Below the pieces are notes generated by a model. The model was not told the DNA's origin and did no database searches. It saw only the letters and a list, made by a program, of their open reading frames with translations. The position numbers and the translations under genes are program-made. From contig OX597836.1 in the NCBI GenBank assembly GCA_951406725.2, positions 12,524,001 to 12,588,000 of the forward strand: 64,000 nucleotides of DNA. Direction: 5' to 3'. The stretch comes from Octopus vulgaris (taxonomy: Eukaryota). Numbering within the stretch: the first letter of the stretch is position 1; every line of letters begins with the position of its first letter. Positions 39,393 through 53,657 of this stretch are shown here, in pieces.

Positions 39393-40028
39393 CATACATA
39401 CATATTTACACATATATATAAACATGTATGTATCTGTATGCATCTGCCTTCATAAATGTATGTATGTGTGTGTGTGTGTATTTGTTTTTCTATATGGATT
39501 TACATTTGTACGTATTGACATAAATCTGAACAGGTATCTGTTTTTACAGGTAAGTGCACACAGTCGTACATAACTGCTTACATGTGCATCTACATGCTTA
39601 TACCAGTCTGACAGCATTTATGTGTGTATGTATAAAATGTATGAATGTATATGTGTGCGTGTATATGTGTGCGTGTATATGTGTGTGTATCTATGTGTAT
39701 TTATATAGGTGTGTGTGTGCATGTATGTGTATGCCTATGTATATATGTGTGTGTGTGTATCTATGTGTATGTGTATCTATGTGTATGTGTGTGTATAAAT
39801 ATGTGTGTATATATGTGTGTGTGTGTATACATATGTATGTATGTATAGGTGTATGTGTGTGTATATATATATATATATATATGTATGTATAGGTGTATGT
39901 TTATATATATGTATGTATAGGTGTGTGTATATATATGTATGTATAGGTGTGTATGTATATGTATGTGTACAGGTACATGTACGTGTATATGCATCTATGT
40001 ATATATATATGTGTGTGTGTTTATATAG

Positions 40029-40061
<33 letters not shown>

Positions 40062-40516
40062 CACACAGACGTGTGTGTGTCTGTGTATGATTGTATGTAC
40101 ATTTCTATGCACACACACACACATACACACACACACACACACACACCTGTATGTTTATGCCTTCCATTCCAACAATCCATCCATCAGCATAGATTTAACC
40201 GGGCGATATAAATATTTCTCTGCCGAATGTCTGCCATCCAAATCTATTACCTTGTCCATTGTGATGTCAGGCGGAACCAATCCACAACATGGAAACTGGC
40301 GGCTCCATTTTCCCCTTCACCCCTTTCTATATGGTAGGGGTGGGGATGGAGGTCTGTGGGGGAAGGCAGCGAACAGCCTCTCTCTTCATCTCCATTGTTG
40401 TACACCACCGTCCCCACTAGCACTGCTACAATTCCATCCTCTGCTCCCATGACCACCACCACCTTCCTTTCTGCCTTTCTCCTTCTGCCTCTCTGTCTCT
40501 CTCTCTGACATGTTTG

Positions 40517-40562
<46 letters not shown>

Positions 40563-40769
40563 TGTGTGTGTATAAGCATGTATATGTGTATGTCTATATA
40601 CATTATGTAGCTGGGTAGATAGATAAGTAGGTAGATATACATGTATGTGTGTACTAATGTCTAAATATATATATATTTAGACATAAACACACACACATAT
40701 ATATATATATGTGTGTGTATATGTGTATGTATATACGTGTGTTTATGTATTTATGCGTATATAGGTGTG

Positions 40770-40809
<40 letters not shown>

Positions 40810-40945
40810 CATGTATATATATATATATATATATTTGTGTTTGTGTGTATACTTGTGTGAATGTGTATGTATCTGGTGCAGTCTTGGTTGTGTGGTTAAG
40901 AAACTAGCTTCCCAACTACAGAGATTCAGGTTCAACCCCACTGTG

Positions 40946-40979
<34 letters not shown>

Positions 40980-41189
40980 GAGAGCTTAGAATTGTTCTTC
41001 TGTCAGACACAGTGTTTTCCCAGTATTACTTTAGTCTCACAATGCTTAGCGGTATTTCGTCTGCCGTTACATTGTGAGTTCAAATTCCACTGAGGTCGAC
41101 TTTGCCTTTCATCCTTTCGTGTTTGTCCTTGTCCATCCTTGTTTGTCCTCTCTATGTTTAGCGCCTTGTAGTCAATACAGAAATATATA

Positions 41190-41489
41190 TCACTGTGACC
41201 AACCAGGCTATCAGATGTTGCTACACATCGCTAGTCACAATGCGCTTCGCATTGTTTTAGCCTCCAAATGACGCCACCCCGCTGGCTAAGTGAGCAGGCC
41301 AACAGAAGAAAGAGTGAGAGAAAGTTGTGGCGAAAGAGTACAGCAGGGGTCGCCACCACCCCCTGCCGGAGCATCATGGAGCTTTAGGTGTTTTCGCTCA
41401 ATAAACACTCACAACGCCCAGTCTGGGAATCGAAACCGCGATCCTACAACCGCAAGTCCGCTACCCTAACCACTGAGCCATTGCACCTC

Positions 41490-41527
<38 letters not shown>

Positions 41528-41635
41528 CGTGATCACCGTGACCGACCAGGCTATCAGATGTTGCTACACATCGCTGGTCACAATGCGTTTCACATTGTTT
41601 TAACCTTTAAATGACGCCACCCTGCTGGCTAAGCA
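41190..41635 (-). mobile_element. SINE family C, tail type i, plus a duplicated tail (41525-41635)
   Basis: Matches 20708-21008; the tail segment accaggctatcagatgttgctacacatcgct occurs twice. Confidence 0.8.
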
Positions 41636-41641
41636 AACAGG

Positions 41642-41692
<51 letters not shown>

Positions 41693-42000
41693 TATATATA
41701 CATATATATATTCATTGAATGGGTATAAGGGTCCAGTAGAGCAAAATAGGAATCAAAGAGCTCAAAAGGCAATAAATGGTTGAGTACCACTGATCTAACC
41801 CATGCTAGCATGGGAAAACAGGTGTAAAAACGAATGGACAGATAATGTACACATGATGCAGTTGTTGTTGATGGTGGTGGTGATGCTGTTGCTTGTGGTA
41901 TTTGCTGTTAAGTGGCAGGAGGGAGGAAAAGGGGAGGCAACTAGTTTGCTGTGTAACTCCCAGCCTAATTCTCTCCCCTTCCCTCCCATCCCTTCCCACA

Positions 42001-42045
<45 letters not shown>

Positions 42046-42403
42046 ACACCAATTCATTGGAGTCTTTTGAAATAATTCCAATGGAGATTTGGTGCTTTTG
42101 TCATCAAAGCCAGACCTTTGTAAAAGGAAGAAAGAAAGAAAGAAGGAAAGAAAGAAAGGTTGTTTCTGTGGTGGCCAGGGGTGGAAGGGTGGGCAAAGGT
42201 TAGTAGCTAAAACAAAAGCCACTTCACTGTCTAGTAGTCGTTGTTGTTCTTCTTCTTCTTCTTGTTCTTCGATTCTTTTTTCTTCTTCTTCTTCTTCTTT
42301 CATTCATTCGACCACACAATTTAAGGGTTTCAATATTTCTTTTAAGAGGAGAGGGAGAGGTAGCAGAAAGTGGATGGAGGGGTGGTGGTGGAGATTGTGA
42401 TGG

Positions 42404-42438
<35 letters not shown>

Positions 42439-42832
42439 GTGATAATACTCTTAGTTTTGGGTCTTTTGTTTTTTGTTGATTTTTTGGGGGTTTTTTTCTG
42501 TCTTTCACAACCTATTTATTAATTATTTAACAATAACACACACTCACACACACACATGCATGCATACACATACACACACACATATGTGCATTCAATTTTA
42601 AATTGTTTTGTGTTGCTGTTGTTATTGTTCTTGTTGGAGTCGGGGGTTTTTTTTTCCACTCTGCTGAACATGTAAGGTCAAAGTTCAATTAAACTCAAAA
42701 AGCCTAAAATTAACCACAGCATTTTATATATGTGTGTATATGCATGTATATATATATATATATATATATATAAATATATATTATATATATTACTGGTTTC
42801 ATTTTTGGTGTAAATTTCATTCAGATTATTAT

Positions 42833-42863
<31 letters not shown>

Positions 42864-43002
42864 TGCATTACCATTGATTTTTATTGTTGTTATTGTTGTT
42901 GTTGTGCTTTCAACCTGCCTTTTTTTTTTTTTTTTTTCAATGCAGGTTGTTGTTGCTTTTAAAAGTAGTTTAATTAAAAGAATACAAATACCAATTGAGT
43001 TT

Positions 43003-43042
<40 letters not shown>

Positions 43043-43139
43043 ATTCTTTGTTCAGTAGCATAGTTATAGTTTCCTCTTCCTCCCCTCCTCCTCTTCGTGT
43101 TATCATGAATGCAGTGATCTTGAACAAAATGATTTGTGG

Positions 43140-44420
43140 CATTTTACCTGTCTCAACTTTCTGAGTTCAAATTCTGCCGAGGGCGACTTTGCCTTTCGCC
43201 CTTTAGAGGAGGCGGCAATAAAATAAGTACCAGTTGAACACTAGGAGGCAATGCCATCGATTGACCCCACCCTCCCCTCAAAATTGCTGGCTTTGTGCCA
43301 AAATTTGAAATTATTATTACTGTTATTAAGGCGATGAACTAACAGAATCATTAGCGAAATGCTTAGCGGTTGGTATTTTATCTAAGGCGACGAGCTGGCA
43401 GAAACGTTAGCACGGGCGAAATGCTTAGCGGTATTTCGTCTGTCGTTACGTTGTGAGTTCAAATTCCGCCGAGTTCGACTTTGCCTTTCATCCTTTCGGG
43501 GTCGATAAATTAAGTACCAGTTACGCACTGGGGTCGATGTAATCGACTTAATACCTATGTCTGTCCTTGTTTAGCCCCTTGTGGGTAATAAAGAAATAGG
43601 TATTTTATCTGCTGCTACATTCTGAGTTCAAATTCCCCCAAAGGTCGACTTTGTCCTTCATCCTTTTGGGGTCAGTAAATTATGTACCAGTTGTGCACTG
43701 AGGTCGGTGTAATCGATTTAACTCCTCCCACCAAATAGCTGCCCTTGTGGCAAAATTTGAAAACATTATTATTATGAAGGTGGCGAGCTGGCAGAATCGT
43801 TAGTATGCGCTGGACAAAATGCTTAGTGGTATTTCGTCTGTCCTTGCATTCTGAGTTCAAATTCCGCCAAGGTCGACTTTGCCTTTCATCCTTTCGGGGT
43901 CGATTAAATTAAGTACCAGTTACGCACTGGGGTCGATGTAATCGACTTAATCCATTTGTCTGTCCTTGTTTGTCCTCTCTGTGTTTAGCCCCTTGTGGGT
44001 AGTAAATAAATAGGTATTTCGTCTGCCACTACATTCTCATTTTAAATTCCGCCAAGGTCAACTTTGCCTTTCATCCTTTCATTGTTGATAAATTAAGTAC
44101 CAGTTGCATACTGGGGTCAATCTAATCGACTGCATCCCCACCCCCTCCCAGAATTTTGGGCCTTGTGCCTAGAGTAGAAAAGATTGCTATTATTATGAAG
44201 ACTGCGAGCTGGAGGAAATGCTTAGTGATATTTCATCTCTCTTTATGTTCTGAGTTCAAATTCTGCCGAGGGCGATTTTACCTTTCATCCTTTTTTTTTT
44301 TTGGTGGTGGGGTGGGGTGGGTCAATAAAATAAGTACCTGTCGTGTACAGGTGTTGATGTAATCAACTAGTCACTTCCACCAAAACTGCTGGCCATGTGA
44401 CAGAATTTGAAATCAGTATT
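43140..44420 (+). mobile_element. Cluster of about 6 same-orientation SINE B units
   Basis: Repeated gagttcaaattccgcc…gactttgcctttcatcctttc…taagtaccagtt. Heads at ~43386 and ~43780; tandem junctions at ~43598 and ~44012. Confidence 0.85.
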
Positions 44421-45621
44421 ATCATTATTATTATTATTATTAACTCAATCCTTCCGTCAAACTGACGTTACCTGAACAGGTGTACAGTGTGCTACATGTC
44501 AGGTATCAAAGTGATCACAGAGCAGTGTGTGTGTGTCTTTGTGTTTGTTCCCCATCACAACTCGACAACTGGTGTTGGTTTGTTTACATCCCCGTAACTT
44601 AGCGGTTCAGCAAACAGAGACTGTCAGAATAAGAATTAACAGGTTTGAAAGAAAAAGAAAGTACTGAGGTCGACGACTTGTTCGACTAAAGGTTCTTCAA
44701 GGCAGTGCTCCAGCATGGCCGCAGTCAAATGACTGAAGCAAGCAAAAGATAGAAGAAAGATGCAGAGGAACACCACAACGAATGCAAAAGCCCCTTACGT
44801 GGTGATTAGTAATAGGGGGTGGTGGGGGGTTGTTGTGAGGGGGTGGTGGCCATTAGCAATAATCCCCTTGTGTGTGAATGGGAGATCTGACAGACAGAGA
44901 TCATTGTTATGACAGAACACTGCGAATTAATTGTCCACTTCATTAACGGTTGCCGTTAACGCTTTCAGCATTCAGCATCGTCATCATCATCAACATCGTC
45001 TTCATCATCATCATCAATATCATTTTCATCATCACATCAACATCATCATCAACATCGTCTTCATCATCATCATCATCATCATCAACATCAACATCGTCTT
45101 CATCATCATCATCATCAACATCAACATCATCATCAATATCATTTTCATCATCATCATCATCATCATCATCAACATCATCATCATCATCATCATCCCCATC
45201 TTTATTGATAATTGTCATCATCATTGTGTATTAACAGCGTCATCACTGTCATCATTATCGTCATCGTCACTGTTGCCGTTGATGTGTTCCTCTGTGTGTG
45301 TGTGTGTGTGTCATCATTTAACGTCCATTGTCCATGCTGGCATGGGTTGTAACCAGAGCTCGCAGCCTGGGTGGCTACACCAGACTCCAGTCTGATTTGG
45401 CATGGTTTCCACACCTGGATGCCCTCCCTAATACCAACCATAATGGGCTGGATGCTTTCATGTGGCACCACACGGGGGCTTTTATGCGACTCAGCACCGG
45501 TGCTTTCACAAGGCACCCCCCAAAAGTGCTTCAGACCACCAGGAAGAACAACCCCAACACTTCTACTGTGGAGTACAAGTTTTCTTGAGTGTGGGGAGGC
45601 ACCAGGTATCTCAGTCCTTCA

Positions 45622-45858
45622 TCATAATAATAATAATAATAATAATTGTGTACAGTGCTCAGGTGCACTACAACTCATCTAAAGTGTATATATAATCAGG
45701 TGTAGTTTCGGCGGATTTCGGAAAGCATGAGGGCCTTAAAAGAAGCAGTGTCATGGCAGTCAACAACTGACGCAGGCAGTTTATTCCATGCTTCAGCAAC
45801 TCTGAGCGTGAAAAAATGTTTCCGAAAGTCATGGGAGCTGTATTGTTTTCTGACTTCA
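45622..45858 (-). mobile_element. Second CR1-group LINE 3' fragment with (ATT)n tail
   Basis: Minus-strand peptide VRKQYSSHDFRKHFFTLRVAEAWNKLPASVVDCHDTASFKALMLSEIRRNYT*, short 3' UTR, then (ATT)n. Confidence 0.8.
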
Positions 45859-47539
45859 CCTAATCATCTCACCTAATTCCATAAGGTTTGGGGAACAGCT
45901 TTTTTCTAGGCATGTGTGGCTGCGTGGTAAGATGTTTGCTTCCCAGCAACATGGTCTCAGGTTCAGTCCCACTGCATGGCACCTTGAGCAAGTGTCTTTT
46001 ACTATAACCCTGGGCCCGACTACGAAACTCTGAGACTGTATTTGGTAAATGGAACCTCAAATAATTCCATTGTGTGTGTGTGTCCTTTTACTTTTTCTTG
46101 TTTCAGTGATTTGACTGTGGTCATGCTGGAGCACCGCCTTACAGGGTTTTAGTCAAACAAATTGACCCCAGGACTTATTTTTTAAGCCTGGTACTTATCC
46201 TATAAGTCTCTTTTGCTGAACCACTAAGCTATAGGGATGTAAACACACCAACACCGGTTGTCAAGCGGTGATGGTGGAGACACACAAAGACATACACATA
46301 GATATATACATATATTATATGATGGGCTTCTTTCAGTTTCCAGCTATAGTACAAGACACTTGCCCGTGGTGCCATGCAGTAGGACAGAACCTGGAACCAT
46401 GTGGTTGGGAATCATGCTTCTTACCACCAGCCACGCCTGCTCTTGTGTTTGTACCCCACCAATACCTGAAAACCGGTGTTGGTTTGTTTACTGCCTCAGT
46501 ATGGCTGCAGCCTAATGTGTGAAAAAAGTTAAGTAAAAAAAGGAAGAAAGCTTCTTTCAGTTTCCATCTACCAAATCCACTTACCTGCTCGTTGTGCCTC
46601 GCAATGGGACAGATCCTGGCACCGTGTGGTTTGGAAGCAAGCCTCTTACCACACAGCCATGCCTCTGTGTGTGTGTGTGTGTGTATTAATATCATCGTCA
46701 TCATCATCATCATTTTCATTATCATTATGGTCATAACTGCTGTCTGCACTTATCATCATCGTCATCACCGTCATCATTGTCATCATTATTGCTGGCCATT
46801 CATTGTCTACATCCAATTCATTGCTGTCATCTTCATTACTTGTCATCACTGCTGAATCAGCATCATCATCACCATCATCATCATCACCATCATCATCATC
46901 ACCATCATCATCATCCCCATTGTTTCCAGATGCCCTATTGTTATCACTGACGCCCACCACCACCGCCACCATCACCACCCCCACATAGTTATTAATTGTC
47001 ATTGCTGTTGAATAAACATTGTCGTCGTCATCGTAATTGTCATCGTCATCATCTGGCTATTGTTCCCAGCGGTCTTCATTATTACCACTGATATCTATAT
47101 CAAACACCACCATCACCATCGTCGTCGTGGAGATCATCAGTGTGGTCGGAATCACTGCTGTCATCAATCATAATTCTCATTGCTACTGCCAATATCTATG
47201 TTAAAGCCATCGTCATCATTGTCATCACCATCCACATTGTCTTCATCAATGATGACATTGTCTACTCCAAATTCATTACTGCTGTGATCATCATCATCAT
47301 CATCACTATCATCTTCATCTCCAGTATCATCATAATTGTCGTTTCTACTGTTGTGACCCCCTTCGGTCATGGATGACCATGGGATTGTACCTCCAAGGCA
47401 CAAGTCTGGGCAAGGTTGTTTATGGAAGACCAGCAGTCGCCCGTGCATACCAGCCTCTCCTATCCATGCCACCAATGTTATCCAAGGGAAAGGCAAAGGC
47501 CGATACAGCTCGGCACCAGTGACGTCACAACTCATTTAT

Positions 47540-48300
47540 TAACGTGCAAGTGGCTGAGCACTCCACAGACACATGTACCCTTAACGTAGTTCTCGAGGAG
47601 ATTCAGTGTGACACAAGGCTGGCCCTTTTTGAAATACAGGTACAACAGTAACAGGAAAAAAGAGTGAGAGAAAGCTGTGGTGAAAGAGTACAGCAGGGTT
47701 CACCACCACCCCCTGCCGGAGCCTCGTGGAGCTTTAGGTGTTTTCACTCAATAAACACAATGCCCGGTTTGGGAATCGAAACCTCGATCCTACGACTGTG
47801 AGTTCGCTGCCTTAACCACTGGGCCATTGCGCCTCCACATATATTATATATGATATATATATATATTACTACCAATAATTTACATTAAAACCATCATCAT
47901 CATCATCGTTAATAACGTCAATACACAGAGCAGTGGTGACAATTATGATGATGATGATGATAAAGATGATGGGAGATTCAGCATGACACACAGTGAGACA
48001 AGGCTGGCCCTTTGAAATACAGGGTTCACCACCGCCCCCTGCTGGAGTCTCGTGGAGATTTTAGGTGAATTTGCTCAATAAACACTCACAATGCCCAGTC
48101 TGGGGATTGAAACCGCGATCCTACGACCACGGTGTGATGACAGTGATGGGTCTGCTGCCCTAACCACTGGGCCATTGCGCCTCCACAAATATTATATATA
48201 ATATATATATATTACTACCAATAATTTACATTAAAACCATCATCACCATCATCATCATCATCACTACCATTAATAACATCAATACACAGAGCAGTGGTGA
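47540..48300 (-). mobile_element. Two SINE C copies within a local duplication that includes flanking sequence
   Basis: 47810-47940 ≈ 48158-48300 (ccattgcgcctccaca…ttactaccaataatttacattaaaaccatcatc…caatacacagagcagtggtgac). Confidence 0.75.
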
Positions 48301-49055
48301 CAGTATTAATAATGATGCTCAGCATCATCGTCAAATCATCATTGTTATCACCATCATCATCACCATCATCATAATTGTTCTAACTACTGCCAATATGCTG
48401 CTGTAAAACCCACCATCACATCATCATTCTCCTCATCATTGTCATCATCATCATCATCATCATCATAATTGTCATTACCGTTACCAATATTCTACAGTAG
48501 ACCCATCACCGGCGTCATCGTTTAATCATCACCATCATCGTAATTGTTGTTACTGCTGCCGCCAATAATCTAGTTAAAAACCATCATCATCATCATCGTA
48601 ATTATCATTATTGCTACCCAATACTCTACAGTAAAACCATCACTGTCATCATAATACCATCATCATCATCATGGTCATCACCATCATAATTGTCATCACT
48701 GCTGCCAATAATCTACAGTCAAAAACCATCATCATCGTCATGTCATTTTCTATACCATTGTCTTACACATCAAATTTATCACTACAGCCATCATCATCGT
48801 CATCATCACCATCGTCATCATCGTCATCTTCAGTGTCTTTTCCGTTGTTAAATGAGATAACAACATGGAAGAGGTTAACTAGCAACAGCCGAAACAAAAA
48901 CAAATAAATAAATTTTGAAAAAAAAATAAAACGGTTTTCGTCTGAATGTGGTTATTGATGGCAGTTTTTATCAACGCCACAGAGATAGTTCCCTGCGCAT
49001 ACACATGTCTATAGGAGCGTATGCATGACTGTGTATACGTGTATGTATATATATG

Positions 49056-49086
<31 letters not shown>

Positions 49087-50570
49087 ATATATATGTGTGT
49101 GTGTGTGTATATATGTGTGTGTGTGTGTATATATATGTGTGTGTGTATGTGTGTGTATATATTTGTGTGTATATATATGTGTGTGTATATATTTGTGTAT
49201 ATATATATGTGTGTATATATATATGTGTGTGTGTGTATATATTTGTGTATATATATATATGTGTGTGTGTGTATGTGTATATGTGTATATATATGTGTGT
49301 GTATATATATATGTGTAAATGTGTATATATATATGTGTGTATATATATGTATGTATGTATATATATATGTGTGTATGTATATGTATATATGTGTGTATAT
49401 ATATATATATGTATGTATATATATATATGTGTGTGTGTGTGTATATATATGCATACACGTGTGTGTTTTGTTTGTCTTCTTCTCTCATCCTGTTAACATT
49501 GTCAGTTAGGAAAAAAGAAAAAAAAAAGCGCTATTGATCCAGATGCATTGTAGACACAGTCTATAGCGCCGCACCATAAAAGATATTAGTTAGCTAAAAG
49601 ACCAATAACTACAAGAGCAGCAGCAACGGCAGCAGCACTTGCTAAAACAAGGGATAAGCTTATGAATTAAACACACACACAATGCACGGCTTTCAAATAA
49701 TTTTTAATTTGTTTGGGCTTTCTATGTTTTTGTGTGTGTTTGTTGTGCGCATGTTTTTTTTTTTTTGCTTTCTGCTGTTAATTTAATGCTGTTTTGGTTA
49801 ATTATGAAAAATACTTTTGAAACGATATGCTATTATCGTTTATTATTTTTTTCTATTTTTTATTTTCAATTTACTTTTTGTTTTTTGTTTGTTTTTTTTT
49901 TTTAATAAAACAACAACAACAGCAACAATAAATTTGTTTTGCAGTGAAGTAGGAAAACAGAAATAAAAAAAAAAAATGGAAAAAAAAAAAAAAATTTTTT
50001 TCAGTGGAAAAGTTAGTTGTAGAACACAAAAAGAAAAGTTAGTTAACACCAGCAAAATAAATAAATTTTTTTCGAAATTTATAAATTAGAAAAAAATAAG
50101 TTAAACAAAAAGAAAAGGATTAACCTATTTTGATCCTTTTGTGTCCTAATTTGAATAAAGCCAAGAGATAACCTTTTATTTATGTAGTGTATTTATTACA
50201 TTTCTAGAAAAATTTTCTAAATTGTTTCGGTTAAGTTCTTTGAGAGGAGAATTAACAACAGCAACAACTAAGCTAAAAACAGTGGCGTGAGAGATAAAAA
50301 AACACACACACACAAAACAAAAGGAGCTGGTTTTAATCGAGATGAACCAGTTATATTAATGGAAATGATATCTACTTTTTGTTTTTGAATATTTATTGAA
50401 TGGTAAATGATTTGAGTTGGCAGCAGAAATTACAGGGCATTGTACGAGGATTAAAGTCTAAAAGTCTTTCTTGCCTCTGTGTTTTGTGTTCAAATCCTGT
50501 AAAATGTGACTTTGTTGGAGGGCTTTTTTGGTTTTTGTTTGTGAGATAAATGTCTGTAGGAGTGGCTATA

Positions 50571-50980
50571 GGCGCAGGAGTGGCTGTGTGGTAAGTAGCT
50601 TGCTTACCAACCACATGGTTCCAGGTTCAGTCCCACTGTGTGGCACCTTGGGCAAGTGTCTTCTACTAAAGCCTCGGGATGACCAAAGCCTTGTGAGTGG
50701 ATTTGGTAGACGGAAACTGAAAGAAGCCCATTGTATGTATGTATATATATATATATGTATTTGTATGTGTGTGTATATGTTTGTGTGTCTGTGTTTGTCT
50801 CCCCAACATCGCTTGACAACCGATGCTGGTGTGTTTACATCCCCGTAACTTAACGGTTCAGCAAAAGAGACCTGTAGAATAAGTACTAGGCTTACAAAGA
50901 ATAAGTCCTGTGGTTGATTTGCTCGACTAAAGGCGGTGCTCCAGCATGGCCACAGTCAAATGACTGAAACAAGTAAAAGA
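50571..50980 (+). mobile_element. SINE family A, full-length reference copy
   Basis: A box tggctgtgtgg, B box ggttcagtccc, caccttgggcaagtg core, internal microsatellite, tail …gactgaaacaagtaaaaga. Confidence 0.88.
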
Positions 50981-51719
50981 GAGTTATAAAACCAGTATTT
51001 GTTGTTTTTGCTATATAGCTCTAGGTCATTCCTAATGAAACAGACTTTGTATTCAAAGACATTCTGGAAATGACAACCACCTTAGGTTTTTATTTTAGTG
51101 CCTTACTTTCCCTCAAGTTTCTTAGTCTTGCGAGTGGTATGGGGCACCCCTTAAAAAAAAAAAGGTACCCTAAAAAAGGAAGAAAAAAATCCAATACTCA
51201 CAGTGAAATGGTTGGTGTTAAGCCTCACTATTTCCCTTAATTGGTGTAATGGGAAGTTGCAGAATGTTGGCATTCATCTGTAAGCATACATTGATAATTG
51301 ACAAGTCCCTTAACCCCTTGGGGGTCACTGAGGGTGCAGCAGCCATGCAGCATATCTAGGGTGAGAAAGCCTGGCTGAGCCCCTCCTTCTCCAGGCTAAA
51401 CTCATTTCTGTAGCTGGAGCAACAACACGAAATGAAGTGTTTTGGTCAAGAACACAACAAATCGTCCAGTTCAGGATTGAAACCACAATTTATGTTCAAA
51501 CTGGACATATCCAGCCTTTCATACCCACCCTACAATGTCCTGCTGAAAATAAACAATCATACCATCAGAATCTCAAAGCATCAAGATAATGCCGGATTAA
51601 TTTCAAAACTTGGTGAATAAATAAGGATTATGTTGGACTGAGTAATCTGAATGCTAAAGGGTCAACACTGGAATGTGTTTTATTATGAGGTCTACACAGA
51701 AAAATGTCATTAATGAAGG

Positions 51720-52525
51720 TCTCCTCCTCCTCTTCTTCGTCTTCCTCTTCTTTTAACTTCTTTTCCTTCCCCTTCTTCTTATAACTTCTTCCTCTCCTTA
51801 TAACTTCTTTTCCTTCCTCTTCTTCTTATAACTTCTTCTTCCTCTTCTTATAACTTTTTCTTCCTCTTCTTCTTATAACTTCTTTTCCTTCCTCTTCTCC
51901 TTATAACTTCTTTTCCTTCCTCTTCTCCTTATAACTCCTTTCTCTTCTTTTAACTTCTTCAGTTTTCCTTCCTCTTCTCCTTATAACTTCTTCAGTTCTT
52001 TTTCCTCTTTCCATTCTTCTTACTTCATCTTCTTTTTCTTCTCCTTCCACATACTTCTTTCCTTCCCTTCTCTTTCATCAAACTTACTCAGTTCTTCTTT
52101 CTTTCCTTCTTCTTTCCTACTCCTTCAGTTTTTTTACTTCCTTCTTCATCACCTTTCCCCCCATCTCTTTCTTCCTCTTCAATTCATCTTCTTCAGTTCT
52201 TCCTCCTCCTCCCTTTTCCCCTTTTTGTTCTTTCTTCATCCTTTTTTTCTCCTCCCTCTCCATCTTTCTTTCTCCTCTTCCTCTTCCTCTTCAATCCTTC
52301 TTCTTCAGTTCCTCTTCCTCCTCCTCCTCCTCCTCCCTTTTCCCCTTCATCCTTTTTTCTCCTCCCTCTCCATCTTTCTTTCTCCTTTTCCTCTTCCTCT
52401 TCAATTCTTCTTCTTCAGTTCTTCTTCCTCCTCCTCCTCCTCCCTTTCCCCCCTCTTTGTTCTTTCTTCATCCTTTTTTCTCTCCTCCCTCTCCATCCTT
52501 CTTTCTCCTCTTCCTCCTCTTTCCT
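51720..52525. repeat. Polypyrimidine (CTT/CCT-rich) tract with ~25-28 bp ataacttcttttccttcctcttctcctt units
   Basis: About 800 bp that is strongly C/T-biased on the + strand. Confidence 0.85.
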
Positions 52526-53657
52526 TTGTTGGCTCTTGTTTTCTTCCTGCTCTGTTTCTTTAGTAACAGTTGTCTTTCTGAGTTCTGTCTTAGGATTGAT
52601 GGTGGAATGGTGGGGATGGCAGCCTAGATGGTTGTCAATGGTTGTAGTAGTAGTAGTAGTAGTAGTGTTGCTGGTGGTGGTGGTACAGGTACTGGTGGTG
52701 CTGGTGGTGCCGACAGACAGTCGTGCGGAGGCGGAATCGTTAATTGTCGTTTGTGCATTCATCAATATCTTTATGTTCCCGCCTCATTCCTCCCTCCCAA
52801 CCTCCCCCTTTTTTTTTTGGCAGCTTCTTCAGGTAAACACACCACACCCTGTCCCCACCACCACCACACCATTCCATGCTGCATTCAAGGCAGCTGCTTC
52901 TGTTGTTGTCATCGTCATCGTCGCCGTTATTGTTGCCGTCGTTTCTGCATCATTGCAATATTGTCATTTGACGAAAATTGACATTTTTTCTTTTGTTTGT
53001 TTTTTTTTGGGTTTTTTTTTTTAAAAAAACTTCGTTTCTTTTTCCTGTTTTCTTTCCTTTTTCTCTTTCTCTTCTTTATTTCCTTCATTCTCTTTCATTG
53101 TTTGTTTGTTTATTCAACTCCTCACCTTTACTCCTTCCTCCCTCTCTTCTTCTTCTCCTCCTCCTCTTCTGCCCCCCCCCCGTCTCTTTCGACTACCTGT
53201 GTTTATTTTTTTTTAGGTTGGAGCGGGGTGGGGGGTTTGTTTTGTTTCGTTTTGTTGGGGGTTTTTTTTTTGTGTATATATATATGTATATATATGTGTT
53301 GGTTTATTTGAGTTTGCCTGTTTCACTTGTTACCATGTCAACAGACATCCGACAGACGACAACAATAGCAACAACCACAATAGCAATCACATCAATAACA
53401 ACAAAAACATCTACTATAATAGTAGCAACAACTACAACAATAACCACAACAGCATCAACAAGTACAACACCACCAACATTTGTGTGGTAAGAAGTTTTCT
53501 TCTGAACCGCATGGTTCCAGGTTCAGTCCCACTGCGCGGAACCTTGGAGGGTGTCATCTTCTATAGCCTCAGGCTGAGCAATGCTTTGTGAGTGGATAGA
53601 TGGAAACTGAAAGAAGCCCATTGTATATATGTATGTACGCATGCATGCATACATATA

